Shown: positions 6,418-16,582, numbered from the stretch's first letter. The stretch is DNA of 64,000 nt from Tannerellaceae bacterium (GCA_031555735.1 JAVBUE010000004.1:1790-65789); one strand, 5' to 3'. Translations and numbers: made by a program. The notes: a model not told the origin generated them from the letters alone.

Positions 6418-8439
6418 ATGAACGTACAAAGTGAACAAACCAAGACCCATCAAATATCCGAAATATTGGAAATGGGATGGTGGGAGATGAACCTGGAAGA
6501 GGACTCTTTCACTTGCGGAGAGCGTGTATCCCGGCTATTGGGGATACCGGGGGGACAGACCGGCAACCCGGTTTTTGCCACCATGATCCGCGAAGATTAC
6601 CGCGCCCGCGTGATCCATACCATCCGGTCGGCCTCCACCGGCAAAAACACACTGCTTACATTTCCCGTCTATGTGGGTAACGAGATCACCTGGGTGACTA
6701 CCCGTTTCCGGAAATCGGACGACGGGCATACGATCGCCGGTATGATGACTCCTTCGGAAAGACCTGAAAGGGAAACTTCGGGAGATGAGTCGGCCAACGA
6801 AATCCTACAGAACTTTATTTACCAGCTGAACGGGATCTCCCGCTCGTTGTATGCTTTTTTGCAGAGTGAGAATCTGGACGATACGGTCAACCATATCCTG
6901 GCTTCACTCGTTACGCATTTCAGCGCCGAGCGTTCGTACATTTTTTCATACGACTGGGAAGCGCAGGAACAAAGCTGTATATACGAAGCCATCAGCCGGG
7001 AAGGATTGGAAGAGATACAGAACCTGCAAAACCTCCCCTTCACCCTCAACCCCTGGTGGACGGAACAAATGAAGGGGCTGCATCCCATCATCCTCTCCAC
7101 CCTCGACGACCTGCCGGAAGGCTGTGTCGGAGAAAAAGAGACGCTGGCGGCGCAACATATCCAGTCGCTGATGGTGGTTCCCTTCGTTAGCCAGGACAAT
7201 CAGGTATGGGGATATGCCGGGATCGACCTCGTGGACCACCAGCGCAACTGGACACAGGAAGACTACGAATGGTTTTCCTCCCTGATGCACATTATTAATA
7301 TATGTATCGAGCTGGGCAAATCGAAAGCACGGATCCAAAGCGATATCATCGAATTGGAAGAACGGGAAAAACTGCTTACCACGATTTACGAGAACCTTCC
7401 GGTAGGAATGGAATTGTATGATAAAAACGGGGAGATCTTGTATGCGAACGACAAAGACATCGAGATACTGGAATTAGACAGCCGCAACGATTGGGCAGGG
7501 TGTAACGTATTCAACCATCCCTGCCTCCCGGCCGAAGTGAAACGGAAGATTCAGCAAGGCGAAAAGACAAATTTCGCCCTCAACTACGAATACCAACAGG
7601 TAGGGGCGTATTTCAACAGGACTTTCCCCGCCCGGGAACCGAAGTATCTGAATATCAAGATCGCACCCATACTCGACAAATACGGGGAGATACAGAACTA
7701 CCTGTTTATCGTGATCGACAATACCGAGCTGCAGGAAATGATCCTGGCGAAAAACAAAGCCGAGGCGCTCGACCGATTGAAATCCGCCTTCCTTGCCAAC
7801 ATGAGCCATGAGATACGCACGCCGCTCAATTCGATCATCGGCTTTTCCGACCTGCTGGCGGAGACCAGCGACGAAGAAGAACGCAGGGAATTTATCACCA
7901 TCATCCAGCGTAACAACGAATTACTGCTGAAACTGGTAACCGATATCCTCGACCTGTCCAAGATCGAATCGGGCACGTTTGATTTTCTGAAAACCGAAAT
8001 ACCGGTGAAACCGCTGTGCGAGGAAGTGATCCGGTCGTTCCAGACGAACCAACTGCCGAAAGAGGTATCGCTTTCGTTCGACCATACCCTGCCGGAAGAG
8101 GTTGCCTTTGCCGACCGCTCACGGGTGAAGCAAGTGTTATTCAATTTTATCACCAATTCGCTGAAGTTTACAACCGGAGGATTTATCCGGCTCGGATACC
8201 GGTCGCTGCCCGGCGACATGCTCCAGTTTTATGTGGAAGACAGCGGGAAAGGCATCTCACCCGAAGACCTCACCCGGGTTTTCGACCGCTTCTTCAAAAC
8301 CGACAGTTTTACACAAGGCACCGGCCTCGGATTGTCTATCTGCAAAATCCTGACCGAAGAGATGGGAGGAAGCATCGGCGTGGACTCGGCACTGGGCAAA
8401 GGATCACGTTTCTGGTTCACCCTGCCGAAACAGGCTTAG
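6418..8439 (+). CDS. cytoplasmic PAS/GAF sensor histidine kinase (no receiver domain and no adjacent response regulator)
   Basis: H-box MSHEIRTPLNSIIGFSDLL, ATPase boxes FNFITNSLKFT and DSGKGI...GTGLGLSICK. The N-terminal ~440 aa have PAS/GAF-like segments and no TM helix. Confidence 0.9.
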   Translation: MNVQSEQTKTHQISEILEMGWWEMNLEEDSFTCGERVSRLLGIPGGQTGNPVFATMIREDYRARVIHTIRSASTGKNTLLTFPVYVGNEITWVTTRFRKSDDGHTIAGMMTPSERPERETSGDESANEILQNFIYQLNGISRSLYAFLQSENLDDTVNHILASLVTHFSAERSYIFSYDWEAQEQSCIYEAISREGLEEIQNLQNLPFTLNPWWTEQMKGLHPIILSTLDDLPEGCVGEKETLAAQHIQSLMVVPFVSQDNQVWGYAGIDLVDHQRNWTQEDYEWFSSLMHIINICIELGKSKARIQSDIIELEEREKLLTTIYENLPVGMELYDKNGEILYANDKDIEILELDSRNDWAGCNVFNHPCLPAEVKRKIQQGEKTNFALNYEYQQVGAYFNRTFPAREPKYLNIKIAPILDKYGEIQNYLFIVIDNTELQEMILAKNKAEALDRLKSAFLANMSHEIRTPLNSIIGFSDLLAETSDEEERREFITIIQRNNELLLKLVTDILDLSKIESGTFDFLKTEIPVKPLCEEVIRSFQTNQLPKEVSLSFDHTLPEEVAFADRSRVKQVLFNFITNSLKFTTGGFIRLGYRSLPGDMLQFYVEDSGKGISPEDLTRVFDRFFKTDSFTQGTGLGLSICKILTEEMGGSIGVDSALGKGSRFWFTLPKQA

Positions 8440-8571
8440 CCTTCTGTTTCCTGAACAATTTTTACCGGCGGAAGAGTTGTCGATCCGGTATTAACCGGAT
8501 GCAAAATGCAACTTCTCCCCGGCCCTTTCATTGAAAAGTGAAAGAAAAAAGCAGAAAAAACTGTAAATTCA

Positions 8572-8602
8572 TTTGCAGGTATCAATTATTGTCCTACATT
8601 TG
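8572..8602 (+). promoter_or_regulatory. ilv operon promoter TTTG-N19-TAcaTTTG
   Basis: TTTG at 8572-8575 and TACATTTG at 8595-8602, 31 nt upstream of the leader-peptide ATG. Confidence 0.6.
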
Positions 8603-8632
8603 CAGCGTCTAAAAGGTAATAAGACACGCAAA

Positions 8633-8692
8633 ATGATAAGCAATATCCTACATATTATTCTCGTCGTGGTGGTCCTGGTCATTAGCAGGTAA
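8633..8692 (+). CDS. ilv leader peptide MISNILHIILVVVVLVISR (13 of 19 residues Ile/Leu/Val)
   Basis: ATG ATA AGC AAT ATC CTA CAT ATT ATT CTC GTC GTG GTG GTC CTG GTC ATT AGC AGG TAA. Below the track size cutoff. It lies between a consensus promoter and a terminator, directly upstream of ilvD. Confidence 0.7.
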   Translation: MISNILHIILVVVVLVISR

Positions 8693-8737
8693 GGAGAGAG
8701 GTATGTAAGAAATGTATAATCAGGTAAGATATTCTTA

Positions 8738-8769
8738 AGCCTTTCTCCCTCTAAGAGAAAGGCTTTTTT
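8738..8769 (+). terminator. attenuator terminator of the ilv leader
   Basis: AGCCTTTCTC (8738-8747) pairs with GAGAAAGGCT (8755-8764) over 10 bp, with a 7-nt loop, then TTTTT. GGAGAGAGG (8693-8701), immediately after the leader stop codon, can pair with CCTTTCTCC (8740-8748) as an antiterminator (9 bp, one G-U). Confidence 0.75.
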
Positions 8770-8793
8770 AATTGAAAAAGAAACAAGACAGGT

Positions 8794-10629
8794 ATGATGA
8801 AGAATCCGTTGCGAAGTTATGACAGCACCCGGGGACGCCGGATGGCGGGAGCACGCGCCCTGTGGCGTGCCAATGGAATGAAAGACGAACAGATGGGACG
8901 GCCGATCATTGCGATCGTCAACTCGTTCACCCAGTTTGTACCCGGTCATGTACATCTGCATGAAATCGGACAACAGGTGAAAGCCGAGATCGAACGGTTG
9001 GGATGCTTTGCCGCCGAATTCAACACCATTGCCATCGACGACGGTATCGCGATGGGACATAACGGCATGCTGTATTCCCTGCCTTCGCGCGACCTGATCG
9101 CCGACAGCGTGGAATACATGGTCAACGCCCACAAAGCCGACGCCATGATCTGTATCAGCAACTGCGACAAGATCACGCCGGGCATGCTGATGGCCGCCAT
9201 GCGATTGAATATCCCTGCCGTTTTCGTATCCGGCGGTCCGATGGAAGCGGGCGAACTCAATGGCCGCTACCTCGACCTGATCGACGCCATGATCGAAGCC
9301 GCCGACGACAGCATCAGCGACGAGGCCGTCGAAGCCGTAGAACGTTCGGCCTGTCCCACCTGCGGAAGCTGTTCGGGCATGTTCACCGCCAACTCGATGA
9401 ACTGCCTCAATGAGGCGATCGGACTGGCGTTACCCGGCAACGGCACCGTGGTAGCCACTCATGCCAACCGCGTCAACCTGTTTAAGAAAGCGGCTGAACG
9501 GATCGTTGAAAACGCATACAAATACTATCATGACGGCGACGACTCCGTCCTGCCTCGCAGCATAGCCACCCGCCAGGCGTTCCTCAACGCCATGTCGCTG
9601 GATATAGCCATGGGCGGTTCAACCAATACGGTGCTGCACCTGCTGGCGATTGCCCACGAAGCCGAAGTCGATTTTACAATGGCGGATATCGACTGCCTTT
9701 CACGCCGTACACCGGTTTTGTGCAAGGTAGCCCCCAGTTGTTCGTATCATGTACAGGATGTGAACCGTGCCGGAGGCATCATCGGTATCCTGGCGGAATT
9801 ACTGAAGGGAGGATTGGTGGATGGTTCGGTCAGACGCGTGGATGGACTTACCCTCACCGAAGCGGTGGAACGGTATGGCATCACCTCACCGGGGCTGACG
9901 GCAGAAGCGTCCAACATCTATAAAAGCGCACCGGCACGCAGGTTCAACCTCGTGATGGGATCGCAGGAAACCTATTATAAAGAACTCGACACCGACCGTA
10001 CGGCAGGCTGTATCCGGGATATGGAGCATGCCTATGTAAAAGACGGCGGGCTGGCTGTCCTCTACGGCAATATTGCAGAATTAGGCTGCGTGGTGAAAAC
10101 CGCCGGTGTGGACGAAAGCATCTTCCGCTTTACAGGTCCCGCCAGGGTGTTCCAGTCGCAGGAAGCTGCCTGTGAAGGTATCCTGAACAACCAGGTGGCG
10201 ACAGGGGATGTGGTAGTCATCACCTACGAAGGACCCAAAGGCGGGCCGGGTATGCAGGAGATGCTCTATCCTACCTCTTATATCAAGAGCAAGCACCTCG
10301 GCAAAGCATGCGCCCTCATCACCGACGGACGCTTCAGCGGAGGCACTTCCGGCCTTTCCATCGGCCATGTCTCCCCCGAAGCGGCGGCAGGCGGCGCCAT
10401 CGGTCTGATAAAAGACGGCGACCGTATCGAGATCCATATTCCCGAACGTACCATCCGTGTGCTGCTAACCGATGCCGAACTGGCTGAACGCCGCCGGGAA
10501 GAAGAGGCGCGTGGCCGGCAGGCTTTTACACCCCAGGGACGCGACCGGGTGATCTCCAAGGCGCTGAAAGCCTATGCGAACATGGTGACTTCTGCCGATA
10601 AGGGAGGCGTCCGTATGATCGAAGAGTGA
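8794..10629 (+). CDS. ilvD: dihydroxy-acid dehydratase
   Basis: 611 aa. [15 protein letters not shown]...[19 protein letters not shown] and [12 protein letters not shown] are near-identical in pattern to enterobacterial IlvD. Confidence 0.97.
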   Translation: MMKNPLRSYDSTRGRRMAGARALWRANGMKDEQMGRPIIAIVNSFTQFVPGHVHLHEIGQQVKAEIERLGCFAAEFNTIAIDDGIAMGHNGMLYSLPSRDLIADSVEYMVNAHKADAMICISNCDKITPGMLMAAMRLNIPAVFVSGGPMEAGELNGRYLDLIDAMIEAADDSISDEAVEAVERSACPTCGSCSGMFTANSMNCLNEAIGLALPGNGTVVATHANRVNLFKKAAERIVENAYKYYHDGDDSVLPRSIATRQAFLNAMSLDIAMGGSTNTVLHLLAIAHEAEVDFTMADIDCLSRRTPVLCKVAPSCSYHVQDVNRAGGIIGILAELLKGGLVDGSVRRVDGLTLTEAVERYGITSPGLTAEASNIYKSAPARRFNLVMGSQETYYKELDTDRTAGCIRDMEHAYVKDGGLAVLYGNIAELGCVVKTAGVDESIFRFTGPARVFQSQEAACEGILNNQVATGDVVVITYEGPKGGPGMQEMLYPTSYIKSKHLGKACALITDGRFSGGTSGLSIGHVSPEAAAGGAIGLIKDGDRIEIHIPERTIRVLLTDAELAERRREEEARGRQAFTPQGRDRVISKALKAYANMVTSADKGGVRMIEE

Positions 10630-10664
10630 AACAGAAACAGCAAAAATGATAAAAACATAAAGAC

Positions 10665-12362
10665 ATGGAGAATCAACTCATAACCGGTTCGGAAGCCCTG
10701 CTGAAAGCGTTGATCGCAGAGGGCGTAGATACCATCTTCGGGTATCCCGGCGGACAGGCTATCCCCATCTACGATTGTTTATACGACTATGCCGACCAGC
10801 TCAAGCATGTGCTTGTGCGCCATGAACAGGGCGCCACACATGCTGCGCAAGGCTATGCCCGTGTATCCGGCAAGGTAGGGGTGACACTCGTCACGTCCGG
10901 TCCCGGCGCCACGAATACCATCACCGGTATTGCCGACGCGATGATGGACAGTACGCCGCTGGTGGTCATTGCCGGACAGGTGCCCTCGTCGTTACTCGGG
11001 ACGGATGCGTTCCAGGAAATCGACGTGATCGGGATCACGCAGCCTATCACCAAATGGGCATACCAGGTCCGCAAACCGGAAGAGATCGCCTGGGCGGTTT
11101 CCCGCGCATTCTATATTGCCTCTACCGGACGTCCGGGACCCGTAGTGATCGACTTTGCCAAAGATGCGCAGATAGGCATGGTAGCTTACCAGCATAAAAA
11201 AGTGACCAGTATCCGCAGCTACCAGCCTGTACCGGTGGTCCAACCGGAACAGATCGCCGAAGCTGCCGCCCTGATCAACCAGGCGAAGAAACCGTTCGCA
11301 CTCGTCGGACAAGGTGTGATCCTCGGTAATGCGGAGAAAGAGCTGATGGCCTTCCTCGAAAAGGCGGATATCCCTGCCGGGACAACCGCCCTTGGCTTGT
11401 CGGCTATGGCCAGCGACTATCCCCTGAACAAAGGGATGCTTGGGATGCACGGGAATGTGGGTCCCAACCGTAAAACAAATGAATGTGATGTGCTGATCGC
11501 CATCGGGATGCGTTTCGACGACCGGGTGACCGGTAATCTCCATACCTATGCCAAACAGGCAAAGATCATCCACTTTGATATCGACGACAGCGAAATAGGT
11601 AAGAATGTAAAAGCCGATGTCCCTGTGCTGGGCGATGCCCGCGAAACATTGGCGGCTGTTACCGCGCAACTCCTTCCGGCTACACATACCGAATGGATCG
11701 CCTCGTTTGAGCCGGACGAAAAAGAAGAAGACATGCGCGTGATCCAAAAAGAAATCCATCCCTCCGAAGGGATGCTGCGCATGGGTGAAGTGATCCGCAA
11801 AGTGTCTGAAGCGACCAACCATGAAGCGGTGCTGGTGACCGACGTGGGGCAGAACCAGATGATGGCCGTTCGCTATTTCCAATTCAAGCATCCCCGCAGC
11901 CTGGTGACTTCGGGCGGACTGGGAACCATGGGCTTCGGCTTGCCTGCTGCTATCGGCGCCAAATTCGGTGCACCGGAACGGACGGTTTGTTACTTTGCGG
12001 GCGACGGCGGTTTCCAGATGACGCTCCAGGAACTTGGAACGATCATGCAGGAGAATCTGGCGGTGAAAATGATCGTGCTCAACAATAACTTCCTCGGCAT
12101 GGTACGCCAGTGGCAGGAACTGTTCTTCAAGGAACGCTATTCGGCCACCACGATGGTCAATCCCGACTTTGAGACGATCGCCAAAGCATACGGCATCGCC
12201 GGACGGACGGTTGACAAACGAGAAGACCTCGACAACGCCATCGCCGAAATGCTCAACCACGACGGAGCCTACCTGCTCGTCGCCAACGTACAAACAAACG
12301 GTATGGTCTATCCGATGGTGCCTGCCGGAGCCAGTATCACCAACATCATCATGGGAGAATAA
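10665..12362 (+). CDS. ilvB: acetolactate synthase, large (catalytic) subunit
   Basis: 565 aa. TPP-enzyme N-terminus GVDTIFGYPGG and ThDP motif GDGGFQMTLQELGT...VLNNNFLGMV. Confidence 0.95.
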   Translation: MENQLITGSEALLKALIAEGVDTIFGYPGGQAIPIYDCLYDYADQLKHVLVRHEQGATHAAQGYARVSGKVGVTLVTSGPGATNTITGIADAMMDSTPLVVIAGQVPSSLLGTDAFQEIDVIGITQPITKWAYQVRKPEEIAWAVSRAFYIASTGRPGPVVIDFAKDAQIGMVAYQHKKVTSIRSYQPVPVVQPEQIAEAAALINQAKKPFALVGQGVILGNAEKELMAFLEKADIPAGTTALGLSAMASDYPLNKGMLGMHGNVGPNRKTNECDVLIAIGMRFDDRVTGNLHTYAKQAKIIHFDIDDSEIGKNVKADVPVLGDARETLAAVTAQLLPATHTEWIASFEPDEKEEDMRVIQKEIHPSEGMLRMGEVIRKVSEATNHEAVLVTDVGQNQMMAVRYFQFKHPRSLVTSGGLGTMGFGLPAAIGAKFGAPERTVCYFAGDGGFQMTLQELGTIMQENLAVKMIVLNNNFLGMVRQWQELFFKERYSATTMVNPDFETIAKAYGIAGRTVDKREDLDNAIAEMLNHDGAYLLVANVQTNGMVYPMVPAGASITNIIMGE

Positions 12363-12374
12363 GGAGGAACAGCT

Positions 12375-12944
12375 ATGTCAGAAAAAAAACTATATACCGT
12401 AATCATCTTCTCGGAGAATACTGTAGGGTTGCTCAACCAGATCACGATCATCTTTACGCGCCGGCAGCTCAACATCGAGACATTGTCTGTTTCTCCTTCC
12501 GCGATTGAAGGCGTCCATAAGTTTACGATCACCACCTTCGCCACGGAAGACATGATCGACAAGGTGGTGAAACAGATCGACAAACGGGTTGATATCCTGA
12601 AAGCGTATTACAACACAGACGAAGACCTGGTACACCAAGAGATCGCCCTCTATAAACTCAGTACCGAGCTGTTCATCCGTATGGATGGAGTGGAAGACCT
12701 GATCCGCAAATACAACGCCCGCATTATCGACATCAACGAGACGTGCATGGTGCTTGAGAAAAGCGGGCATCATGCCGAGACACAGGAACTGTTCACCGAA
12801 CTGAGCCAGCGCATCGGCGTCCTCCAGTTCATCCGCTCCGGCCGCATCGCCATTACCAAAAGCAAAGTGGAACGCCTCAGCGACATGCTCTCCGCCATGG
12901 AGAAAAAGATCGAGGGTAAAGCTCATAATGGGAATGATATATGA
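12375..12944 (+). CDS. ilvN: acetolactate synthase, small (regulatory, ACT-domain) subunit
   Basis: 189 aa. YTVIIFSENTVGLLNQITIIFTRRQLNIETLSVS is the AHAS small-subunit ACT signature. It follows ilvB by 12 nt. Confidence 0.9.
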   Translation: MSEKKLYTVIIFSENTVGLLNQITIIFTRRQLNIETLSVSPSAIEGVHKFTITTFATEDMIDKVVKQIDKRVDILKAYYNTDEDLVHQEIALYKLSTELFIRMDGVEDLIRKYNARIIDINETCMVLEKSGHHAETQELFTELSQRIGVLQFIRSGRIAITKSKVERLSDMLSAMEKKIEGKAHNGNDI

Positions 12945-13674
12945 TCAAATGGAGAAAATAGGTAAATACCAGTTTGTAACGGAGGAGTATCTTCTCGACT
13001 TCCGGGGACGGGTGACGATCCCGATGATCGGGAATTACCTGTTGCATGCGGCATCCGCCCATGCTGCCTCCCGTGGATTCGGATTCAATGATATGAACGA
13101 ACGGCATACCGCCTGGGTGCTTTCCCGCCTGGCGATTGAGATCAACAAGTATCCGGAGATGACCGAACCGGTCACCCTCTATACCTGGATCGACGAAGCA
13201 GGCCGCCTCTTTACCAGCCGTTGTTTCGAGTTGGTGAATGAAAAAGGAGAAAGCATGGTCTATGCCCGTTCCATCTGGGCAGCCATCGATATGGACACAC
13301 GCCGCCCTACTCCATTGGATGTGGAAGGGCTAAGTGTTTACATCGCCGACCGTCCCTGTCCGATCGAAAAGCCGGGGAAGATAGCTCCTGTGGAAACCGT
13401 CACCGAAGGCATACCCTATGCCGTCAAGTATAGCGACCTGGATGTGAACGGTCATTTCAACAGTATCAAGTATATGGAACATCTGTTGGATATGTTCGAC
13501 CTGTCTTTGTTTCAAGAGCAGGAAGTATGCCGTTTTGAAATCGCTTACCAGTCGGAAGGGCGTTACGGCATGCCCCTCACCCTCCACAAAGGACAAGCCG
13601 ACGGCGACAAATACAACATGGCGATCTGCCACGAAGGCAAAGCGCTCTGCCGTGCCGCCGTCACCTGGAAATGA
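12928..13674 (+). CDS. acyl-ACP thioesterase (FatA/B-like double hot-dog) embedded in the ilv operon
   Basis: 248 aa. YLLDFRGRVTIPMIGNYLLHAA...RHTAWVLSR and SDLDVNGHFNSIKYMEHLL match the acyl-ACP thioesterase family. It overlaps the ilvN stop by 17 nt; the start could be a downstream Met. Confidence 0.8.
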   Translation: MGMIYDQMEKIGKYQFVTEEYLLDFRGRVTIPMIGNYLLHAASAHAASRGFGFNDMNERHTAWVLSRLAIEINKYPEMTEPVTLYTWIDEAGRLFTSRCFELVNEKGESMVYARSIWAAIDMDTRRPTPLDVEGLSVYIADRPCPIEKPGKIAPVETVTEGIPYAVKYSDLDVNGHFNSIKYMEHLLDMFDLSLFQEQEVCRFEIAYQSEGRYGMPLTLHKGQADGDKYNMAICHEGKALCRAAVTWK

Positions 13675-13704
13675 ATTTTTTATTAATTAATTAGAAATAG
13701 AAAA

Positions 13705-14751
13705 ATGGCAAACATGAATTTTGGCGGGGTCAACGAGAACGTGGTTACCCGCGACGAGTTTCCCTTGGAAAAAGCAAGAGAAGTAATGAAGAACGAGATA
13801 ATCGCCGTCATCGGTTACGGCGTACAGGGTCCGGGACAGAGCCTCAACCTGCGCGACAACGGCTTTAACGTGATCGTTGGCCAGCGTAAGGGCGGAAAGA
13901 CCTGGGAAAAAGCGATCGCCGACGGTTGGGTACCCGGCGAAACCCTTTTCGATATCGAGGAAGCCTGCCAACGCGCTACCGTGATCCAGTATCTCCTTTC
14001 GGATGCGGCACAGATTGAAGTATGGCCGCGCATCCAACCTTACCTGACGGCAGGCAAGGCGCTCTACTTCTCACACGGCTTCGCCATCACGTATAAAGAA
14101 CGTACCCACATCATCCCGCCGGCAGATGTGGATGTGATCCTGGTAGCCCCGAAAGGTTCGGGAACCAGCCTCCGCCGCATGTTCCTCCAGGGACGCGGAC
14201 TGAACTCCAGCTATGCTATCTTCCAGGATGCTACCGGCCGTGCCTGGGAACGCGTAGTGGCGTTGGGTATCGGCGTAGGTTCCGGCTATCTGTTCGAAAC
14301 AACATTCAAGAAAGAAGTATATTCCGACCTGACCGGCGAACGGGGGACCCTGATGGGCGCTATCCAGGGCTTGTTGCTGGCACAGTATGAGGTATTGCGT
14401 GAAAACGGCCATTCTCCCTCGGAAGCCTTCAATGAAACGGTAGAAGAACTCACCCAGTCGCTGATGCCGCTCTTCGCCGAGAACGGGATGGACTGGATGT
14501 ATGCCAACTGTTCCACCACAGCCCAGCGCGGTGCATTGGACTGGATGGTTCCCTTCCACGATGCCACCAAGCCTGTATTCGCCAAGCTGTATAGTGAAGT
14601 AGCCTGCGGCAACGAAGCCCAACGCTCTATCGACACCAACAGCAAGCCCGACTACCGCGAAAAGCTGGAAGAAGAGCTGAAAGCCCTCCGCGAAAGCGAA
14701 ATGTGGCGCGCCGGTGCCGTTGTGCGCAAACTGCGTCCGGAGAACAACTAA
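13705..14751 (+). CDS. ilvC: ketol-acid reductoisomerase
   Basis: 348 aa. VIGYGVQGPGQSLNLRDNGFNV (Rossmann), LLSDAAQ, SHGFAI. Confidence 0.97.
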   Translation: MANMNFGGVNENVVTRDEFPLEKAREVMKNEIIAVIGYGVQGPGQSLNLRDNGFNVIVGQRKGGKTWEKAIADGWVPGETLFDIEEACQRATVIQYLLSDAAQIEVWPRIQPYLTAGKALYFSHGFAITYKERTHIIPPADVDVILVAPKGSGTSLRRMFLQGRGLNSSYAIFQDATGRAWERVVALGIGVGSGYLFETTFKKEVYSDLTGERGTLMGAIQGLLLAQYEVLRENGHSPSEAFNETVEELTQSLMPLFAENGMDWMYANCSTTAQRGALDWMVPFHDATKPVFAKLYSEVACGNEAQRSIDTNSKPDYREKLEEELKALRESEMWRAGAVVRKLRPENN

Positions 14752-14790
14752 CACCAACAATTATTTGCATATTCACAGCAACATCTTACG

Positions 14791-14824
14791 AATCGAAAGA
14801 AAAAAATGCAAAATACTTTCGATT
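14791..14824 (+). terminator. 9-bp hairpin after ilvC (weak candidate operon terminator, poor U-tract)
   Basis: AATCGAAAG (14791-14799) pairs with CTTTCGATT (14816-14824) around a 16-nt A-rich loop, followed by ATCTATTG. Confidence 0.3.
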
Positions 14825-14829
14825 ATCTA

Positions 14830-14859
14830 TTGTGAATATCAAATTTACCTATATCTTTG
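14830..14859 (+). promoter_or_regulatory. leu operon promoter TTG-N19-TAtcTTTG
   Basis: TTG at 14830-14832 and TATCTTTG at 14852-14859, 22 nt upstream of the leu leader ATG. Confidence 0.55.
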
Positions 14860-14881
14860 CCCCATCAAATAAGATAACGAC

Positions 14882-14953
14882 ATGACATTTACAGCAAACA
14901 GTCTCCTCCTTATTTCCAATATTATTCTACTCTGGCTGCAGGATAGGAAGTGA
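14882..14953 (+). CDS. leu leader peptide MTFTANSLLLISNIILLWLQDRK (6 Leu + 3 Ile)
   Basis: ATG ACA TTT ACA GCA AAC AGT CTC CTC CTT ATT TCC AAT ATT ATT CTA CTC TGG CTG CAG GAT AGG AAG TGA. It lies between a promoter and a terminator upstream of leuA. Confidence 0.7.
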   Translation: MTFTANSLLLISNIILLWLQDRK

Positions 14954-14994
14954 GATTGTGTGCTTGGGTGCATAAAGATTATAGAGCAAATAAG

Positions 14995-15026
14995 CCTCTC
15001 TCACTTCCGGGTGAGAGGGGTTTTTT
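14995..15026 (+). terminator. attenuator terminator of the leu leader
   Basis: CCTCTCTCAC (14995-15004) pairs with GTGAGAGGGG (15011-15020), then TTTTTT. GGAAGTGAGA (14946-14955, overlapping the leader stop codon) is perfectly complementary to TCTCACTTCC (14999-15008), giving an antiterminator. Confidence 0.8.
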
Positions 15027-15073
15027 GTTATCATTCAGGTATGTAACATTTTATTAGCAAAAGAATAACAACT

Positions 15074-16573
15074 ATGTCAAACAGATTATTTATTTTCGAC
15101 ACCACATTGCGTGATGGTGAGCAAGTGCCCGGGTGCCAATTGAACACAGTAGAGAAGATACAGGTGGCCAAGGCGCTCGAAGGTTTGGGAGTGGATGTGA
15201 TTGAAGCCGGCTTCCCTGTATCAAGCCCTGGTGATTTCAACAGTGTGGTGGAAATATCAAAAGCCGTTACCTGGCCTACTATCTGCGCATTGACCCGCGC
15301 GGTGGAGAAAGACATTGAAGTGGCCGCCGACGCGCTGAAATATGCGAAACAAAAGCGGATCCATACCGGTATCGGCACATCGGAGTATCATATCCGCCAT
15401 AAGTTCAACTCCAATCAGGAGGATATCCTGGAACGTGCGATCGCAGCCACGAAGTATGCGAAGAAGTTCGTGGAAGATGTGGAGTTCTATTGCGAAGATG
15501 CCGGACGTACGGACAACGTCTATCTGGCACGCGTCGTGGAAGCCGTGATCAAAGCCGGAGCAACGGTAGTAAACATCCCCGATACCACCGGATACTGCCT
15601 GCCCGATGAATATGGAGCGAAAATAAAATACCTGATGGAACATGTGAAAGGCATCGAAAAAGCAATCATATCCACCCACTGCCATAACGACCTCGGTATG
15701 GCAACGGCCAATACTGTGCAGGGCGTGGTGAACGGAGCCCGCCAGGTGGAAGTAACGATGAACGGGATCGGCGAACGTGCGGGGAATACCTCGCTGGAAG
15801 AAATCGCCATGATCTTTAAGAGCCATAAGGAGAAGGAGATCGTGACCAATATCAATACCACTAAGATATACGGCCTCAGCCGCATGGTATCCAGCCTGAT
15901 GAACATGCCGGTGCAGCCCAACAAAGCCATTGTCGGACGTAACGCCTTCGCCCACTCTTCAGGCATCCACCAGGACGGTGTATTGAAGAACCGCGAAAGC
16001 TACGAGATCATCGACCCGAAAGAGGTCGGTATCGACGACAACGCCATCGTGCTGACCGCCCGCAGTGGCCGCGCCGCACTGAAACACCGCCTGAGCATCC
16101 TCGGCGTGGAGCTCGATCAGGAAAAACTGGACAAAGCCTATGTGGAATTCCTCAAACTCGCCGACCGCAAAAAAGATATCAACGACGACGATGTATTGAT
16201 GCTTGTCGGTAAAGACCGTACCGAAATGCAACGCATCAAACTGGAATACTTGCAGGTCACCAGCGGCGTAGGCGTACAATCTGTCGCCAGCGTCTGCCTC
16301 AACCTCTCCGGCGTGAAGCGCTTTGAAGCGGCGGCGGGTAACGGCCCGGTCGATGCCGGCATCAAAGCCGTCAAGAAAGCCATCAGCAACAGCGACATGA
16401 CGATCCAGGAATTTCTCATCCAAGCCATCAGCAAAGGCAGCGACGATACCGGAAAGGTACACATGCAGGTAGAATACCAGGGCAATGTGTATTATGGCTT
16501 CTCCGCCAACACCGACATTATCGCCGCTTCAGTGGAAGCCTTCGTAGATGCCATCAATAAATTCATCCACTAA
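15074..16573 (+). CDS. leuA: 2-isopropylmalate synthase
   Basis: 499 aa. [32 protein letters not shown], and a C-terminal LeuA allosteric domain. Confidence 0.93.
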   Translation: MSNRLFIFDTTLRDGEQVPGCQLNTVEKIQVAKALEGLGVDVIEAGFPVSSPGDFNSVVEISKAVTWPTICALTRAVEKDIEVAADALKYAKQKRIHTGIGTSEYHIRHKFNSNQEDILERAIAATKYAKKFVEDVEFYCEDAGRTDNVYLARVVEAVIKAGATVVNIPDTTGYCLPDEYGAKIKYLMEHVKGIEKAIISTHCHNDLGMATANTVQGVVNGARQVEVTMNGIGERAGNTSLEEIAMIFKSHKEKEIVTNINTTKIYGLSRMVSSLMNMPVQPNKAIVGRNAFAHSSGIHQDGVLKNRESYEIIDPKEVGIDDNAIVLTARSGRAALKHRLSILGVELDQEKLDKAYVEFLKLADRKKDINDDDVLMLVGKDRTEMQRIKLEYLQVTSGVGVQSVASVCLNLSGVKRFEAAAGNGPVDAGIKAVKKAISNSDMTIQEFLIQAISKGSDDTGKVHMQVEYQGNVYYGFSANTDIIAASVEAFVDAINKFIH

Positions 16574-16582
16574 AAAACAATT

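Noticed and set aside
10992-12293. Long antisense ORFs: 433 aa opposite ilvB, also 42583-43569, 43400-44779, 45238-46287, 55813-56895, 19130-20080, 39968-40912 and 50641-51723
   Set aside because: Each lies entirely opposite a confidently identified gene. They are Arg/Gly/His/Val-rich with no recognisable motifs, as expected for stop-poor shadow frames in GC-rich coding DNA.
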